Shown here in pieces: positions 10,765 through 20,188 of a DNA stretch of 64,000 nucleotides. Source of the DNA: Polyangiales bacterium (lineage in GTDB: Bacteria > Myxococcota_A > Polyangia > Polyangiales > JADJQN01); contig CAXNJO010000002.1 in NCBI GenBank assembly GCA_964202905.1, forward strand, positions 728,494 to 792,493, written 5' to 3'. Positions within the stretch are counted from its first letter, which is position 1. Each line of letters opens with the position of its first letter. A program made the translations under genes and the position numbers. Under the pieces are notes generated by a model. The model was not told where the DNA came from, did no database searches, and saw only the letters and a list, made by a program, of their open reading frames with translations.

Positions 10765-12338
10765 TCGACTCCAATCCCCAGGAAATGCTCGGTCGGCTGG
10801 GACGCTCCTGGATCGCCCACCGGATAGAGGTTTCGCGCGCGTGTGTCCCGCGCCGTGAGCGCGTAGATCACGCGCAGGTGCGGGCGCGTGTACGTGCCGC
10901 GGCCGAACGGCGAGAGGAAGGGCATCACGCCGAGTTTCCACGCGCTGCCACCCCGCAGCTGGCCCGTCGTCTCGTCGAGGCTCGTCGTCTCGAGCGCCTG
11001 GTACGCGCCCTCGATCGCGAGGCCCGCGTACTTGCCGAACCACACGTGCGGCCGGAGCGTGAGCACGCCCTCGGCGATCTCCCCGCCGCCGAACGCCGTC
11101 GCGGAAGGGTCGGTGTAACGTCGGTAGAACGCGCCCGCCTGCACGCCGACGACCGACCACTCCCAGTTCGCGCTGAGCGCGAGCATCGTCTCGCTCGCCG
11201 CGGCCGTGGAGATGGTCGTCCCGCCGCTGCGGAAGGGCGCGTCGAGCGGGTTGAACGCGGCGAGCCCCGTCGCGTAGCGCGCGAACACGTTGACGAAGGC
11301 GTGGAACGGCGCGAACCAGCCGCCCACCTGCCCGCCGAGCACGAAGCCGTTCTCACGGCGGAGCGCCTCGGGGTTGCCCGCGACGTCCTCGCGCACGCCG
11401 CTCGGGAGCGTGTGCTGCTCGGCGTAGACGATCGCCTTGAGGCCGCGATCGCGCATGCGCCCGAAGGGCCACCAGGTGAGCTTCTCGGCGACGACGAGGC
11501 GCGGGCGATCGAGCGTGAGCACCGTCGGGGGCGCGACGCCCATACGCGCGGGGACCTGCGTGCTCTGCCGGTAGAACGGGTCGTTCGGCTGCGTGAGGCC
11601 GAGGTGCACGGCGGCCTCCGCGTGCTCGCCCAACGCATAGCGCGCGCCGCCGCCGACGAGGTTGAGGTTGTCGAGCGGCCAGAAATTGAGGAGGTAGACG
11701 TCGTCGCCGCGTACCATCCGCGAGCCCGCCCAGAACGCGAGGCCGCGCGTGAAGACGTGGTTCACCTCGGCGAAGAAGTTGCGGACGGCGATGTCCTCGT
11801 CGAACTGCGCGTCGTAGTGGAAGATCGGGCCCGCGATGCCGAGCGTCGCGACGACGAGCGTGTCGATGCCCTCGACGTGCCAGCGGTGGCGCAGCTCGAG
11901 CTCGCCGTAGACGCCCTCGTCGAGGCGCGGGTTGTACGAGGTGAAGTCGGCCTCGCGACCGGCGCGCCCGCGGAGATCGCCCGCGCCGACGACGCGCCCG
12001 TACGAACCGAACGTGAAGCCGTCCGCGCCCGACGTGTACGGATCGGCCGAGCCGGCGGCGCGCGTGCCGCCCGGGGCCGTCTCGTCGGCCGCGGGCGCGG
12101 CGGTCGGCGCGGGCGCCTCGATCGACGCGGGCTCCGCGGCGGCGGGCTCCGCGCCCGCCGTGTCCTCCGGCTCAGGCGTGCCGATCGAGGAGGTCTCGGC
12201 GCCGGGCGCCACGAGCGCGTCCGCCGCCGCGTCCTGCGCGCGCGCCGACGCCGCGAACGCGAGGCCCGCCGTGGCGAGCAGCGCGCCGAGCCCGACGGCG
12301 CGCCGAGCCGCCCCGAGTGCGCTCCGTTCTGCGCTCAC
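10737..12338 (-). CDS. Maltoporin/LamB-like carbohydrate porin
   Basis: Signal peptide ending ASARA, FTFGSYGR, RLDEGVYGELE, FWAGSR, C-terminal GIGVEWWF. GTGA overlap with the upstream stop; adjacent to the amylase. Confidence 0.75.
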   Translation of the reverse strand: MSAERSALGAARRAVGLGALLATAGLAFAASARAQDAAADALVAPGAETSSIGTPEPEDTAGAEPAAAEPASIEAPAPTAAPAADETAPGGTRAAGSADPYTSGADGFTFGSYGRVVGAGDLRGRAGREADFTSYNPRLDEGVYGELELRHRWHVEGIDTLVVATLGIAGPIFHYDAQFDEDIAVRNFFAEVNHVFTRGLAFWAGSRMVRGDDVYLLNFWPLDNLNLVGGGARYALGEHAEAAVHLGLTQPNDPFYRQSTQVPARMGVAPPTVLTLDRPRLVVAEKLTWWPFGRMRDRGLKAIVYAEQHTLPSGVREDVAGNPEALRRENGFVLGGQVGGWFAPFHAFVNVFARYATGLAAFNPLDAPFRSGGTTISTAAASETMLALSANWEWSVVGVQAGAFYRRYTDPSATAFGGGEIAEGVLTLRPHVWFGKYAGLAIEGAYQALETTSLDETTGQLRGGSAWKLGVMPFLSPFGRGTYTRPHLRVIYALTARDTRARNLYPVGDPGASQPTEHFLGIGVEWWFNSSYL

Positions 12339-14062
12339 GAGCACGTACCCGTGAGTGAGCCCGACGGCTTGTCGCAGGTGCTCGCGCCGCAGCAATCGCG
12401 GTCGGAAGCGCAGGGATCCCCCGACATGCGGCACGCACACTGGCCCTCGATGCACTGCATCAGGCCGCAGCAATCCGCGGTGGTGACGCACGGGTCGGAG
12501 TCGGTCGCGCAGCAGGTGCGGTTGCCGTCCTCCTGCAATCCGCACGCGAGCAGCCCGCAACACATGCTGTCGTTCATGCAGTCGGTGCCCTCGCGCGAAC
12601 AGCCGTTGTCGACCGTGCACGAGCCGACGACGCAGATCAGCCCATCGCAGCAGTCGGCGTCGGTCGCGCAGGTCTGCACGTCCGTCTGGCAGGCGCACAT
12701 GCCCTCGGTGCAGAGCATCTTGCCGCAGCAGTCGAGGTTGTCCTCGCACGACCCGGACTTCTCGACGCAGCAGAGCGGATCCTCGCCGCGCGTGATCTCG
12801 CGGCACGAGAGCCCGCTGCAGCACGAGGCCGCGCCGCCCGCGCCGCAGGGCTCGCCCGGGTCGGTGCACATGCTCGCACCGGGCGTGCACTGGAAGCTCT
12901 CGCAGATGAGCCCCTCCGCGCACTCGGACGAGTCGATGCAGAACGTGCCCTCGCGCGAGGCCGCGCATGCGCCGTCGACGCACTGCATGAAGCCGCAGCA
13001 ATCGAGCGAGTTCGCGCAGGGGTTGCCCTCGCCCTGACAGCAGCGCGGGATGAACGGTGCCGGGCGGCAGACCGCGCCGTTGCAGCACTCCTGCCCGGGG
13101 AGCCCGCCGAGCAGGCACGAGAGGCTCGGCCCACGGCACATCGAGCACGCGCCGCTCTCGCAGTTGAGGGCGCCCGAGCACGTGCCGCCCGACGCCGAGG
13201 TGGCGCAGCACATCATGCCCTCGGTGCCGCAATCGCTGGGGACGGGCACGCACATGCGCATCGACGCGTCGCAGATCAGGCCGTCGTCGCAGATGTTGCG
13301 GGGACGGCAGGGCTCGCCCATCCCGCCCGCGGTCGTCGCGCTCCCGCACATGCCGCCGAGGCACTCGAGGCCGCCCGAGCACGTCGCGCCGGGCGCGCAG
13401 CAGGGCTGCCCCTCGTCACCGCAGAGCGTCGGCGCCTGGCACGTGCCGCCCATGCAGAAGAGCGAGCCGGCGCACCCCGTCGCGCCGTCGCAGCAGGGTT
13501 GCCCCTCGTCGCCGCACGCCGCGCAGCGGCCCGTCGCGCACACGCTGCCGGCGCTGCACGTGAAGCCCGCGCAGCACGTCATGCCGGGGCTGCCGCACAT
13601 CGCCATGCCGGTGCCGGGGTCGGTCGGCGGCGTCACGCAGCGGCCCGCGTCGCACAAGAGCCCGCGCGCGCAATCGCTCGAGCCGCGGCAGCCCGCGCCC
13701 GCCGGGGCGACGCACTCGCCCGCGGTGCACGTGAAGCCCACGCAGCAGTCGCTCGACGCCGTGCAGCGCGCGCCGCCGGGCACCGCGCAGCACTCGTCAC
13801 CGCGACCGCACGTCAGCCCGAGCTCGCAGGTGCGCCCCGCGCAGCAACCGCCGCCGACGGTCCCGCAGCGCGGCGCGGGGCCACCGCCGCCGTCCGCCTG
13901 CGTCGCTCCGTCGCGTCGCGGCACCGAGCCGTCGCGGCTCCCTGCGTCGGGCGCGTCCTCGCCGGACGCGCACGCGGCGAGCGCGACGAGGGGGAGGCAG
14001 AGCAGCGAGAGACGCGCCGCAGCGCGCAGAGCAGAAAACGAGAGGCCGGGGCGCAGACGCAT
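12335..14062 (-). CDS. Cysteine-rich repeat lipoprotein (tandem C-x5-6-CC-xG-xx-C-xxG-x-C modules)
   Basis: Lipobox LAAC followed by more than 12 six-Cys-like modules. Confidence 0.8.
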   Translation of the reverse strand: MRLRPGLSFSALRAAARLSLLCLPLVALAACASGEDAPDAGSRDGSVPRRDGATQADGGGGPAPRCGTVGGGCCAGRTCELGLTCGRGDECCAVPGGARCTASSDCCVGFTCTAGECVAPAGAGCRGSSDCARGLLCDAGRCVTPPTDPGTGMAMCGSPGMTCCAGFTCSAGSVCATGRCAACGDEGQPCCDGATGCAGSLFCMGGTCQAPTLCGDEGQPCCAPGATCSGGLECLGGMCGSATTAGGMGEPCRPRNICDDGLICDASMRMCVPVPSDCGTEGMMCCATSASGGTCSGALNCESGACSMCRGPSLSCLLGGLPGQECCNGAVCRPAPFIPRCCQGEGNPCANSLDCCGFMQCVDGACAASREGTFCIDSSECAEGLICESFQCTPGASMCTDPGEPCGAGGAASCCSGLSCREITRGEDPLCCVEKSGSCEDNLDCCGKMLCTEGMCACQTDVQTCATDADCCDGLICVVGSCTVDNGCSREGTDCMNDSMCCGLLACGLQEDGNRTCCATDSDPCVTTADCCGLMQCIEGQCACRMSGDPCASDRDCCGASTCDKPSGSLTGTCS

Positions 14063-14107
14063 CGCGCGACCTTAACATGGCGTCGCGGGCCACGGCGCGT
14101 CCACGCG

Positions 14108-14965
14108 TCAGGGGACGCGGCAGTACGACACGCCCCAGGTGCGGGCGAAACCGGTGCAGACCTCGCCCGCGACCGTGCACGCGGGCGTTCCGCCGTCCGG
14201 CCCGCAGACCTGCTTGCACGTCGAGGACGAGCCCTCGCGGATGCAGACGAGACCACGCGCGCACGCGCCCGCCACGCCTCCGCAGAAGCCCCCGTGCGCG
14301 ACCGTGCCCTCGGGCCGGCAGCCGGTATAGGGCGCGCGCGTCTCGGGGTCGCTCGCGAGCGTGCAGGCATCCGTGGGGTTCGGGCAGTCCTGCGCGTAGA
14401 TGTCGCAGGGCTCCGGGCGCGGGCGACAGACCTGCACGCACGCGTCGCCGATCGTGCCGAAGCAGCGGTCCTCGCCGCCGCAGGCGCCGATCGCGCCGCG
14501 CGGGCACATGCGGTGGCACGACGCGCCACCGCCGAAGTCGAGGCACAGCAGCCCGGGCTGGCAGTCGCCGCTCGTCGCGCAGAGCGCGCCTTCCTCCTTC
14601 GGCGCGGCGACGAGGGGCAGGCACTCGGTCGGGCCCGCCGCGCCCGGGCGACAGCCCGTGCCGCTCGGACACGACGCCGGATCGAACGGGTCGCACGCGC
14701 CCGTCGCGGTGCACGGCATCGAGACGGGCCCGAGATCCGGTGCCCCCGCGTCGGCGGAACCCGCATCGCTCGGCGGCGCGCTGCCGTCAGCGGGCGCGGC
14801 GTCCGCGGGCTGCGAGGCGTCGTCGCCGAGGTCGGCCGGATCGCCCAGATCGGCGCCGAGATCCGCGCCGCCGCCCAGGTCGGGGGCCGGGGGCGGACCG
14901 GCGTCGCCGCCGCCGCAAGAGGAGAGCGCGAGGACCACGAGCAGGGCGAGAGACGGGCGCGGCAT
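14108..14965 (-). CDS. Cysteine-rich lipoprotein
   Basis: MPRPSLALLVVLALSSC lipobox, D/A/G linker, CDPF..C and CDIY..DC repeats. Confidence 0.8.
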   Translation of the reverse strand: MPRPSLALLVVLALSSCGGGDAGPPPAPDLGGGADLGADLGDPADLGDDASQPADAAPADGSAPPSDAGSADAGAPDLGPVSMPCTATGACDPFDPASCPSGTGCRPGAAGPTECLPLVAAPKEEGALCATSGDCQPGLLCLDFGGGASCHRMCPRGAIGACGGEDRCFGTIGDACVQVCRPRPEPCDIYAQDCPNPTDACTLASDPETRAPYTGCRPEGTVAHGGFCGGVAGACARGLVCIREGSSSTCKQVCGPDGGTPACTVAGEVCTGFARTWGVSYCRVP

Positions 14966-15042
14966 GGCCCGAGAGTGTAGCCGCTCCGCGCCCCGCCGCG
15001 CGACGTGCGCCCCCGACAAAGGCTGCTAACCCTCCCCCCCCC

Positions 15043-17547
15043 ATGACGCACGACGCGAAAAAACAAGGTGCCCGCGGCCATGCAGCGGCCGAGGCCGAGT
15101 TCGACGAGGACCTCACCGAGATCAGCGCCGAAGAGGAGCGCGTGCTCGTGCGCGTGCAGAAGAACCTCGCCGCGCAGACCATCGCGCCCTCGAACGGCGG
15201 GACCGACTACGACGCCGATCTGCTCACGCTGCGCGACCAGATCGCCGAGGCCCGCATGGAGGACGTGCCGCCGCTCATCCAGGAGATGGAGCGCCTCCAG
15301 CAGCTCGCGAACCGCCGCGCGCAGGCCTCGACGGCGCCGGTCGACTCGCTCTCGCCGTATTTCGGCCGGATGGTGCTCGAGGAGGGCGACCGCAAGCGCG
15401 AGGTGCTCATCGGCAAGTCGACCTACCTCGACAGCCGCACCGGCATCCGCATCGTCGACTGGCGCGACGCGCCGGTGAGCCGTCTCTTCTATCGCTACGA
15501 AGAGGGCGACGACTACGACGAGAACTTCGGCGGCCGCGAGGTGCACGGCAACGTGCTGACGCGGCGCAGCCTCGCGATCATCGAGGGCTCGCTCCGGCGC
15601 ATCGTCGCGCCGCAGGGCACGTTCCTGAAGCGCCGCGAGCGCTGGGAGCGCGCGGGCGCGAGCACGCGGCTGAGCGGCGGCGCGGGCGCGGCCGATCGCC
15701 CCGACCACTACCACCAGCCGGGCAAGCTCGGCATCGGGCGCGACGGCGACGGCCGCGCGGAAAAGTTCCTCCCGGAGATCGCGGCCCTCATCGATCCGCG
15801 CCAGTTCGAGCTCATCACGAAGGCCTCGTCGGGCCTCGTGGTCATCCAGGGCGGCGCGGGCTCGGGCAAGACGACCATCGGCCTGCACCGGCTCGCCTAC
15901 CTCGCCTTCGAGGACGCGAAGCGCTTCAAGATCGATCGCATGCTGGTCGTCGTCTTCAACGAGGCGCTCGCCCGCTACATCTCGAAGGTGCTGCCGGCGC
16001 TCGGCGTCGCGGGCGTGCCGGTCGTCACCTACGACACGTGGGCGCAGAAGCTGCGGCACGTGCACCTGCCGCGCGTCCCGCGGAAGTACAACGACGAGAC
16101 GCCGAACGTCGTCGTGCGGCTGAAGAAGCACCCCGCGATGCTGCGCGCCATCGACGCGTACGTCGCGCGGCTCGCCGATCGCGCCGAGGAGAAGTTGCGC
16201 GCGTCGCTCGGCGGCGCGGCGGGGGGCGAGGCCGCGATCGAGCGCTGGCGCAAGAGCGCGAAGCGTCCGCTCGCGGTGCGCGTCGAGCTGCTCTCGCGCT
16301 GGGCCGAGGGCGAAGAGGAGGGCGTGAAGGCGCCGCCGCTCGCGGTGCGGCACGCGGTCGAGCGCGCGAGCTCGGGCATGCGCGATCTCGCGCGCGACGT
16401 GTTCACGGCGTTCGCCGACATCGTCACCGACCGCGCGGCGCTCGGCACGGTGTTCGCCGCGTACGCCGGCACGGGCGAGGGCCTCGGCGATGGGGATCTC
16501 GAAGAGGCGCTCAAGTGGTGCGCGGCGCGCATCGCGGGCGCCGTGAACGAGATGGAGGCGCGCGCGGACGTCACCGAAGAAAAGAAAGAGGAGCGCGACT
16601 CACGACGCTCCGCCGACGAGGTGGAGGCCGCGGAGGCCGCCCCCGACGAGGAGCGCGAGCGCCGCACGGGCATCGACGGGCGCGACGAGGAGGAGGAATC
16701 CCGCGCGACGCTCGACCGCGAGGACGACACGCTGCTGCTGCGCCTCTGGCAGCGCCTGCGCGGCCCGCTCCGCAAGCCGGGCGCGCAGCGCGGCGCGGGT
16801 CGCGGCGGTGCGAAGGAATCGCTCGTCTACGAGCACGTGCTCGTCGACGAGGCGCAGGACCTCTCGCCCGTCGAGATGGCCGTCGTGCTCGACACCGTCT
16901 CCGCGCAGAAGAGCGTCACGCTCGCCGGCGACGTCGCGCAGCGTCTGCACATGGACAACGGCTTCACGAGCTGGCGCGGCGTGCTCGACGACCTCGGCCT
17001 GCAATCGACGGACGTCGAGCCGCTCGAGGTCAGCTACCGCTCGACGCGCGAGATCATCGAGCTCGCGACGCACGTGCTCGGGCCGCTCGCCGGCAAGCCC
17101 GGCAAGCCCACGCGCGACGGCGCGCCCATCGAGCTGTTCCGCTTCGCGCATTCGGGCGACGCGGTCGGCTTCCTCGCCGAGGCGCTGCGCGATCTGGCGC
17201 GCGCCGAGCCGCTCGCGTCGATCGCGCTCGTCGCGCGCTACCCGGAGCAGGCCGACATCTACTACCGCGGTCTCGCGAACGCGGAGGTGCCAAACCTGCG
17301 CCGGATCGCGGATCAGGACTTCCCCTTCAAGGCCGGCATCGACGTGACGGACGTGCGCCAGGTCAAGGGCCTCGAGTTCGACTACGTCGTGCTCCTCGAA
17401 GTCAACGCGGCCTCCTTCCCGCCCAACGACGAGGCGCGGCACCTGCTGCACATCGCCGTCACGCGCGCCGCGCACCAGCTCTGGGTGACGGCGACGGGCA
17501 AGCCGTCGCCGCTCCTCCCCGACGAGCTCGTGGAGCGCGGGCTCTGA
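15043..17547 (+). CDS. HelD-like SF1 (UvrD/Rep) helicase/ATPase
   Basis: SPYFGR and IVDWRDAPVSRLFY N-domain, IQGGAGSGKTT, VDEAQD, AGDVAQ, SYRST, VKGLEFD, VTRA. Confidence 0.82.
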   Translation: MTHDAKKQGARGHAAAEAEFDEDLTEISAEEERVLVRVQKNLAAQTIAPSNGGTDYDADLLTLRDQIAEARMEDVPPLIQEMERLQQLANRRAQASTAPVDSLSPYFGRMVLEEGDRKREVLIGKSTYLDSRTGIRIVDWRDAPVSRLFYRYEEGDDYDENFGGREVHGNVLTRRSLAIIEGSLRRIVAPQGTFLKRRERWERAGASTRLSGGAGAADRPDHYHQPGKLGIGRDGDGRAEKFLPEIAALIDPRQFELITKASSGLVVIQGGAGSGKTTIGLHRLAYLAFEDAKRFKIDRMLVVVFNEALARYISKVLPALGVAGVPVVTYDTWAQKLRHVHLPRVPRKYNDETPNVVVRLKKHPAMLRAIDAYVARLADRAEEKLRASLGGAAGGEAAIERWRKSAKRPLAVRVELLSRWAEGEEEGVKAPPLAVRHAVERASSGMRDLARDVFTAFADIVTDRAALGTVFAAYAGTGEGLGDGDLEEALKWCAARIAGAVNEMEARADVTEEKKEERDSRRSADEVEAAEAAPDEERERRTGIDGRDEEEESRATLDREDDTLLLRLWQRLRGPLRKPGAQRGAGRGGAKESLVYEHVLVDEAQDLSPVEMAVVLDTVSAQKSVTLAGDVAQRLHMDNGFTSWRGVLDDLGLQSTDVEPLEVSYRSTREIIELATHVLGPLAGKPGKPTRDGAPIELFRFAHSGDAVGFLAEALRDLARAEPLASIALVARYPEQADIYYRGLANAEVPNLRRIADQDFPFKAGIDVTDVRQVKGLEFDYVVLLEVNAASFPPNDEARHLLHIAVTRAAHQLWVTATGKPSPLLPDELVERGL

Positions 17548-17618
17548 CGCCGGCGCGCCCGCGTCGGGACCCCGCTCACCCCTCGCACGCCGCGGCGAGC
17601 CCCGCCGCCCGTCCGTGC

Positions 17619-18329
17619 TTGGCGCGGGACCCGCGGTCCCTCGTCACGGCCCTCCTCGGCGCGTCCGTCCTCGTCGCCGCCTCGCTCGGGACCGCCTGCG
17701 AGGAGCCGCCCCATCTCCGGCTCGCCGCGCCCCCGCTCTCGCTCCCCGCGCCGCCGCGCCGCGGCGCCGATCCGAGCGACGCGCAGTGCGTGGCGCGCTC
17801 CCTCGATCCGCCGCCCGCGGTGCTCGATTCGGCCGTCGCCGAGGCCGCTGCGGGCGCGCCCGAGGGCTACGCGGCGCTGCTCGGTCTCGCGCTCGCCTGG
17901 CCACGCTCGGCGACGGTGCGCCTGCGCGCCGCAGAGGCCGCGCAGGAGCCCGCCGACGCGCTGCGCCTCTACGCCGACGCCGTCCGCGTGCACGACGAGG
18001 GCTGCGCGCTCGCGCCCGACGCGCTGCGCGCCGCGCTCCACGGGCTCGGGGCTGCACGGCTCGCCGCCGGCGACGCGCCGGGTGCCCGCGACGTCTTCAC
18101 GCGCGCCGTCGACGCCTTCCCCGAAGCGGCCCCGACGCGCTACGCGCTCGCCGCCGCCGCGTGCCGCCTGCACGACCGCACCGCCTGCGCGGACGCGCTC
18201 CTCGCCGCGCTCGCCGCCGACACGACAGGCACGCTCGCCCCGCTCGCCGCGCGCGATCCGGACCTCACCGCGGCCCGCACCGACCCCCGCGTCAGCGCCG
18301 CGCTCGCGGCCCGCCCCGCCGCGCGCTGA
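17619..18329 (+). CDS. TPR-like lipoprotein
   Basis: Lipobox-like LGTAC; helical repeats (ALHGLGAARLAAGD, TRYALAAAACR). Start uncertain. Confidence 0.6.
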   Translation: MARDPRSLVTALLGASVLVAASLGTACEEPPHLRLAAPPLSLPAPPRRGADPSDAQCVARSLDPPPAVLDSAVAEAAAGAPEGYAALLGLALAWPRSATVRLRAAEAAQEPADALRLYADAVRVHDEGCALAPDALRAALHGLGAARLAAGDAPGARDVFTRAVDAFPEAAPTRYALAAAACRLHDRTACADALLAALAADTTGTLAPLAARDPDLTAARTDPRVSAALAARPAAR

Positions 18330-18442
18330 CGCGCCCCGACGCAACGCCACGCACGGGACGCCACGCGCACGGGACGCGCCACGCCTCCACACGTCGCGAC
18401 GCGGCGAGCCAGGTCGCGCGCCGTCGATCGCACAACGCGACC

Positions 18443-20188
18443 TCAGTCGAGCGTGACGAACAGCGACTTGAGGTGCGGCTCGCGTCCCGCGCCGACCGGA
18501 AAATCCCGCGGCAGCGGCACCTCGCGCACCTGCCTCGCGGCGCGCCCGGCGTCGCGCACGCCCTCCTGCACGAGCCGCCGAAAACGCGCGACCGGGAGCC
18601 GCCGATCGTTCGAGGACGCGAGCAGCCGACCATCCGGCGCGAGCACGGACGCGCACTGCGTGACGAGCCCGCGCCACGCGGCGCCGCTCGTCCAGCGCGA
18701 GGCGCGCGTGGTCGCGTACGTCGGCGGATCGACGATCACGAGGTCGAAGCGCTCCGCGCCCCTCGCGAGCCGCGCGAGCGCCTCGAACGCGTCCGCGCGG
18801 AGGAAGCGGTCGTCGCCCCGCGTGCCCGAATCGGCCCGCGCGCGGGCCACGTGGCGCTCGCCCCGCGCGAGCACCTCGCGCGACGCATCGACGCTGAGCA
18901 CCTGCGAAGCGCCGCCGGCCGCGGCCGCTGCGCTGAACGCGCACGTGTACGCGAAGAGGTTGAGCACGCGCGCGCCCGCGCAGGTGGCGCGCACGCGGCG
19001 ACGGGCCTCGCGCTGATCGAGGAAGAGCCCCGTCGAGAGGCCATCCCCGAGCCGCGCCTCGATCGCGAGGCCGTGCTCGTGGACCGTGATCGTCTCCTCC
19101 GGCGTCGGCGCACCGCGGACCGGGTGCGCGGGCGCGACGTCGTCCCGGCGCGTGTCGACGAGCACGTTCGCCTGCCGCGGGCGGTGCTTCACGTAGATGC
19201 CCGCGGGCCCGAGCGCCATGAGCGCGTCGAGGACGGCGGCCTCATGACGCGCTGCGTCATCACCCAGAAACTGCGCGACGAAATGCGCGCCGTACACGTC
19301 GACCGCGAGCCCCGGGAGCCCGTCGCCGTGCTCGTTCACGAGGCGGAACGCCGTCGTCGCATCCGCGCCTTCGGGCCGCGTGCGGGCGCGCGCGAGCAGG
19401 CCGAAACGCGCACGCGCCGCGTCCTCGAGGCGATCGCGCAACACGTCCGGGTCGTCGTAGGGCGGGCGCTCCCCGCGACGCAGCCAGTCGTCGAACGCGC
19501 GCGGCGGCTCCGCGGCGAGCGAGAGCGGCGCGCCCGTGCGCGGGTGCAGGAGCGCGATGCGACGCGCGTGCAGCAGCAGCCGCGGCGGTGCGTGCGCGTC
19601 GTCGGCCGACGGCAGCGCATGGAGCGCATCGCCGACGATCGGGCTGCCCTCGGCGGCGAGCTGCGCGCGCAGCGTGAGCGCCCCACCCGCGCGCACGCGA
19701 CACGCGAGCAGCACGCGCTCCCCCAGCCGCTGTAGGACGCGCACGTGCGCCTCCGCCTCCCGTGCCCGCGCATCCCGCGGCGACGCGACGACGAGCCCCG
19801 CGCCCTCACCGCGCGTGAGCCGATGCCGCAGCGTGCGTGCGCCGCCGTCCCAGCGCGACACGCCCGCGACGAACTCGCGCTCGACCGCGCGCGCCTCGAA
19901 CTGCCGCGCGAGCCCCGCGTTCGCCTCGCGGCTCCGCCCGTAGAGCGCGACGCCGCTCGTGCCGACATCGAGGCTGTGATGGAGCGCGAGCGTGCCGCTC
20001 ACCGGAGACGCCTCGTCCGCATGACGCGCCGCGAGCGCAGGCGCGATCCGCGCGGAAAGCGTGTCGACGGCGTCGGGCGCGAGCGGCTCGCACGGCACGC
20101 CGACGGGCTTGTCGACGGCGACGAGGTCCCCATCCGCGAAGCGCACCCACGCGGCCGGATCGCAGGCGACCCCGGCGCGATCAGCCAT
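18443..20188 (-). CDS. Fusion of a degenerate RluA-type pseudouridine synthase domain and an RlmI/RlmK-type SAM-dependent rRNA methyltransferase
   Basis: N-terminal VDKPVG, HSLDVGTSG, PIVGD, LLLHA; C-terminal FRLVNEHGDGLPG, STGLFLDQR, VLNLFAYT, VDPP. Confidence 0.85.
   Translation of the reverse strand: MADRAGVACDPAAWVRFADGDLVAVDKPVGVPCEPLAPDAVDTLSARIAPALAARHADEASPVSGTLALHHSLDVGTSGVALYGRSREANAGLARQFEARAVEREFVAGVSRWDGGARTLRHRLTRGEGAGLVVASPRDARAREAEAHVRVLQRLGERVLLACRVRAGGALTLRAQLAAEGSPIVGDALHALPSADDAHAPPRLLLHARRIALLHPRTGAPLSLAAEPPRAFDDWLRRGERPPYDDPDVLRDRLEDAARARFGLLARARTRPEGADATTAFRLVNEHGDGLPGLAVDVYGAHFVAQFLGDDAARHEAAVLDALMALGPAGIYVKHRPRQANVLVDTRRDDVAPAHPVRGAPTPEETITVHEHGLAIEARLGDGLSTGLFLDQREARRRVRATCAGARVLNLFAYTCAFSAAAAAGGASQVLSVDASREVLARGERHVARARADSGTRGDDRFLRADAFEALARLARGAERFDLVIVDPPTYATTRASRWTSGAAWRGLVTQCASVLAPDGRLLASSNDRRLPVARFRRLVQEGVRDAGRAARQVREVPLPRDFPVGAGREPHLKSLFVTLD

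Noticed and set aside
10737..13382. 881-aa porin with a long N-terminal extension, and similar extensions on argE, argA, HelD and YceI ORFs
   Set aside because: The extensions overlap real upstream genes in another frame; internal starts with signal peptides or GTGA overlaps fit better
18340..18390. Short GCCACGC(GC)ACGGGAC duplication between convergent genes
   Set aside because: Two imperfect GC-rich copies, unrelated to the other repeat families; likely slippage
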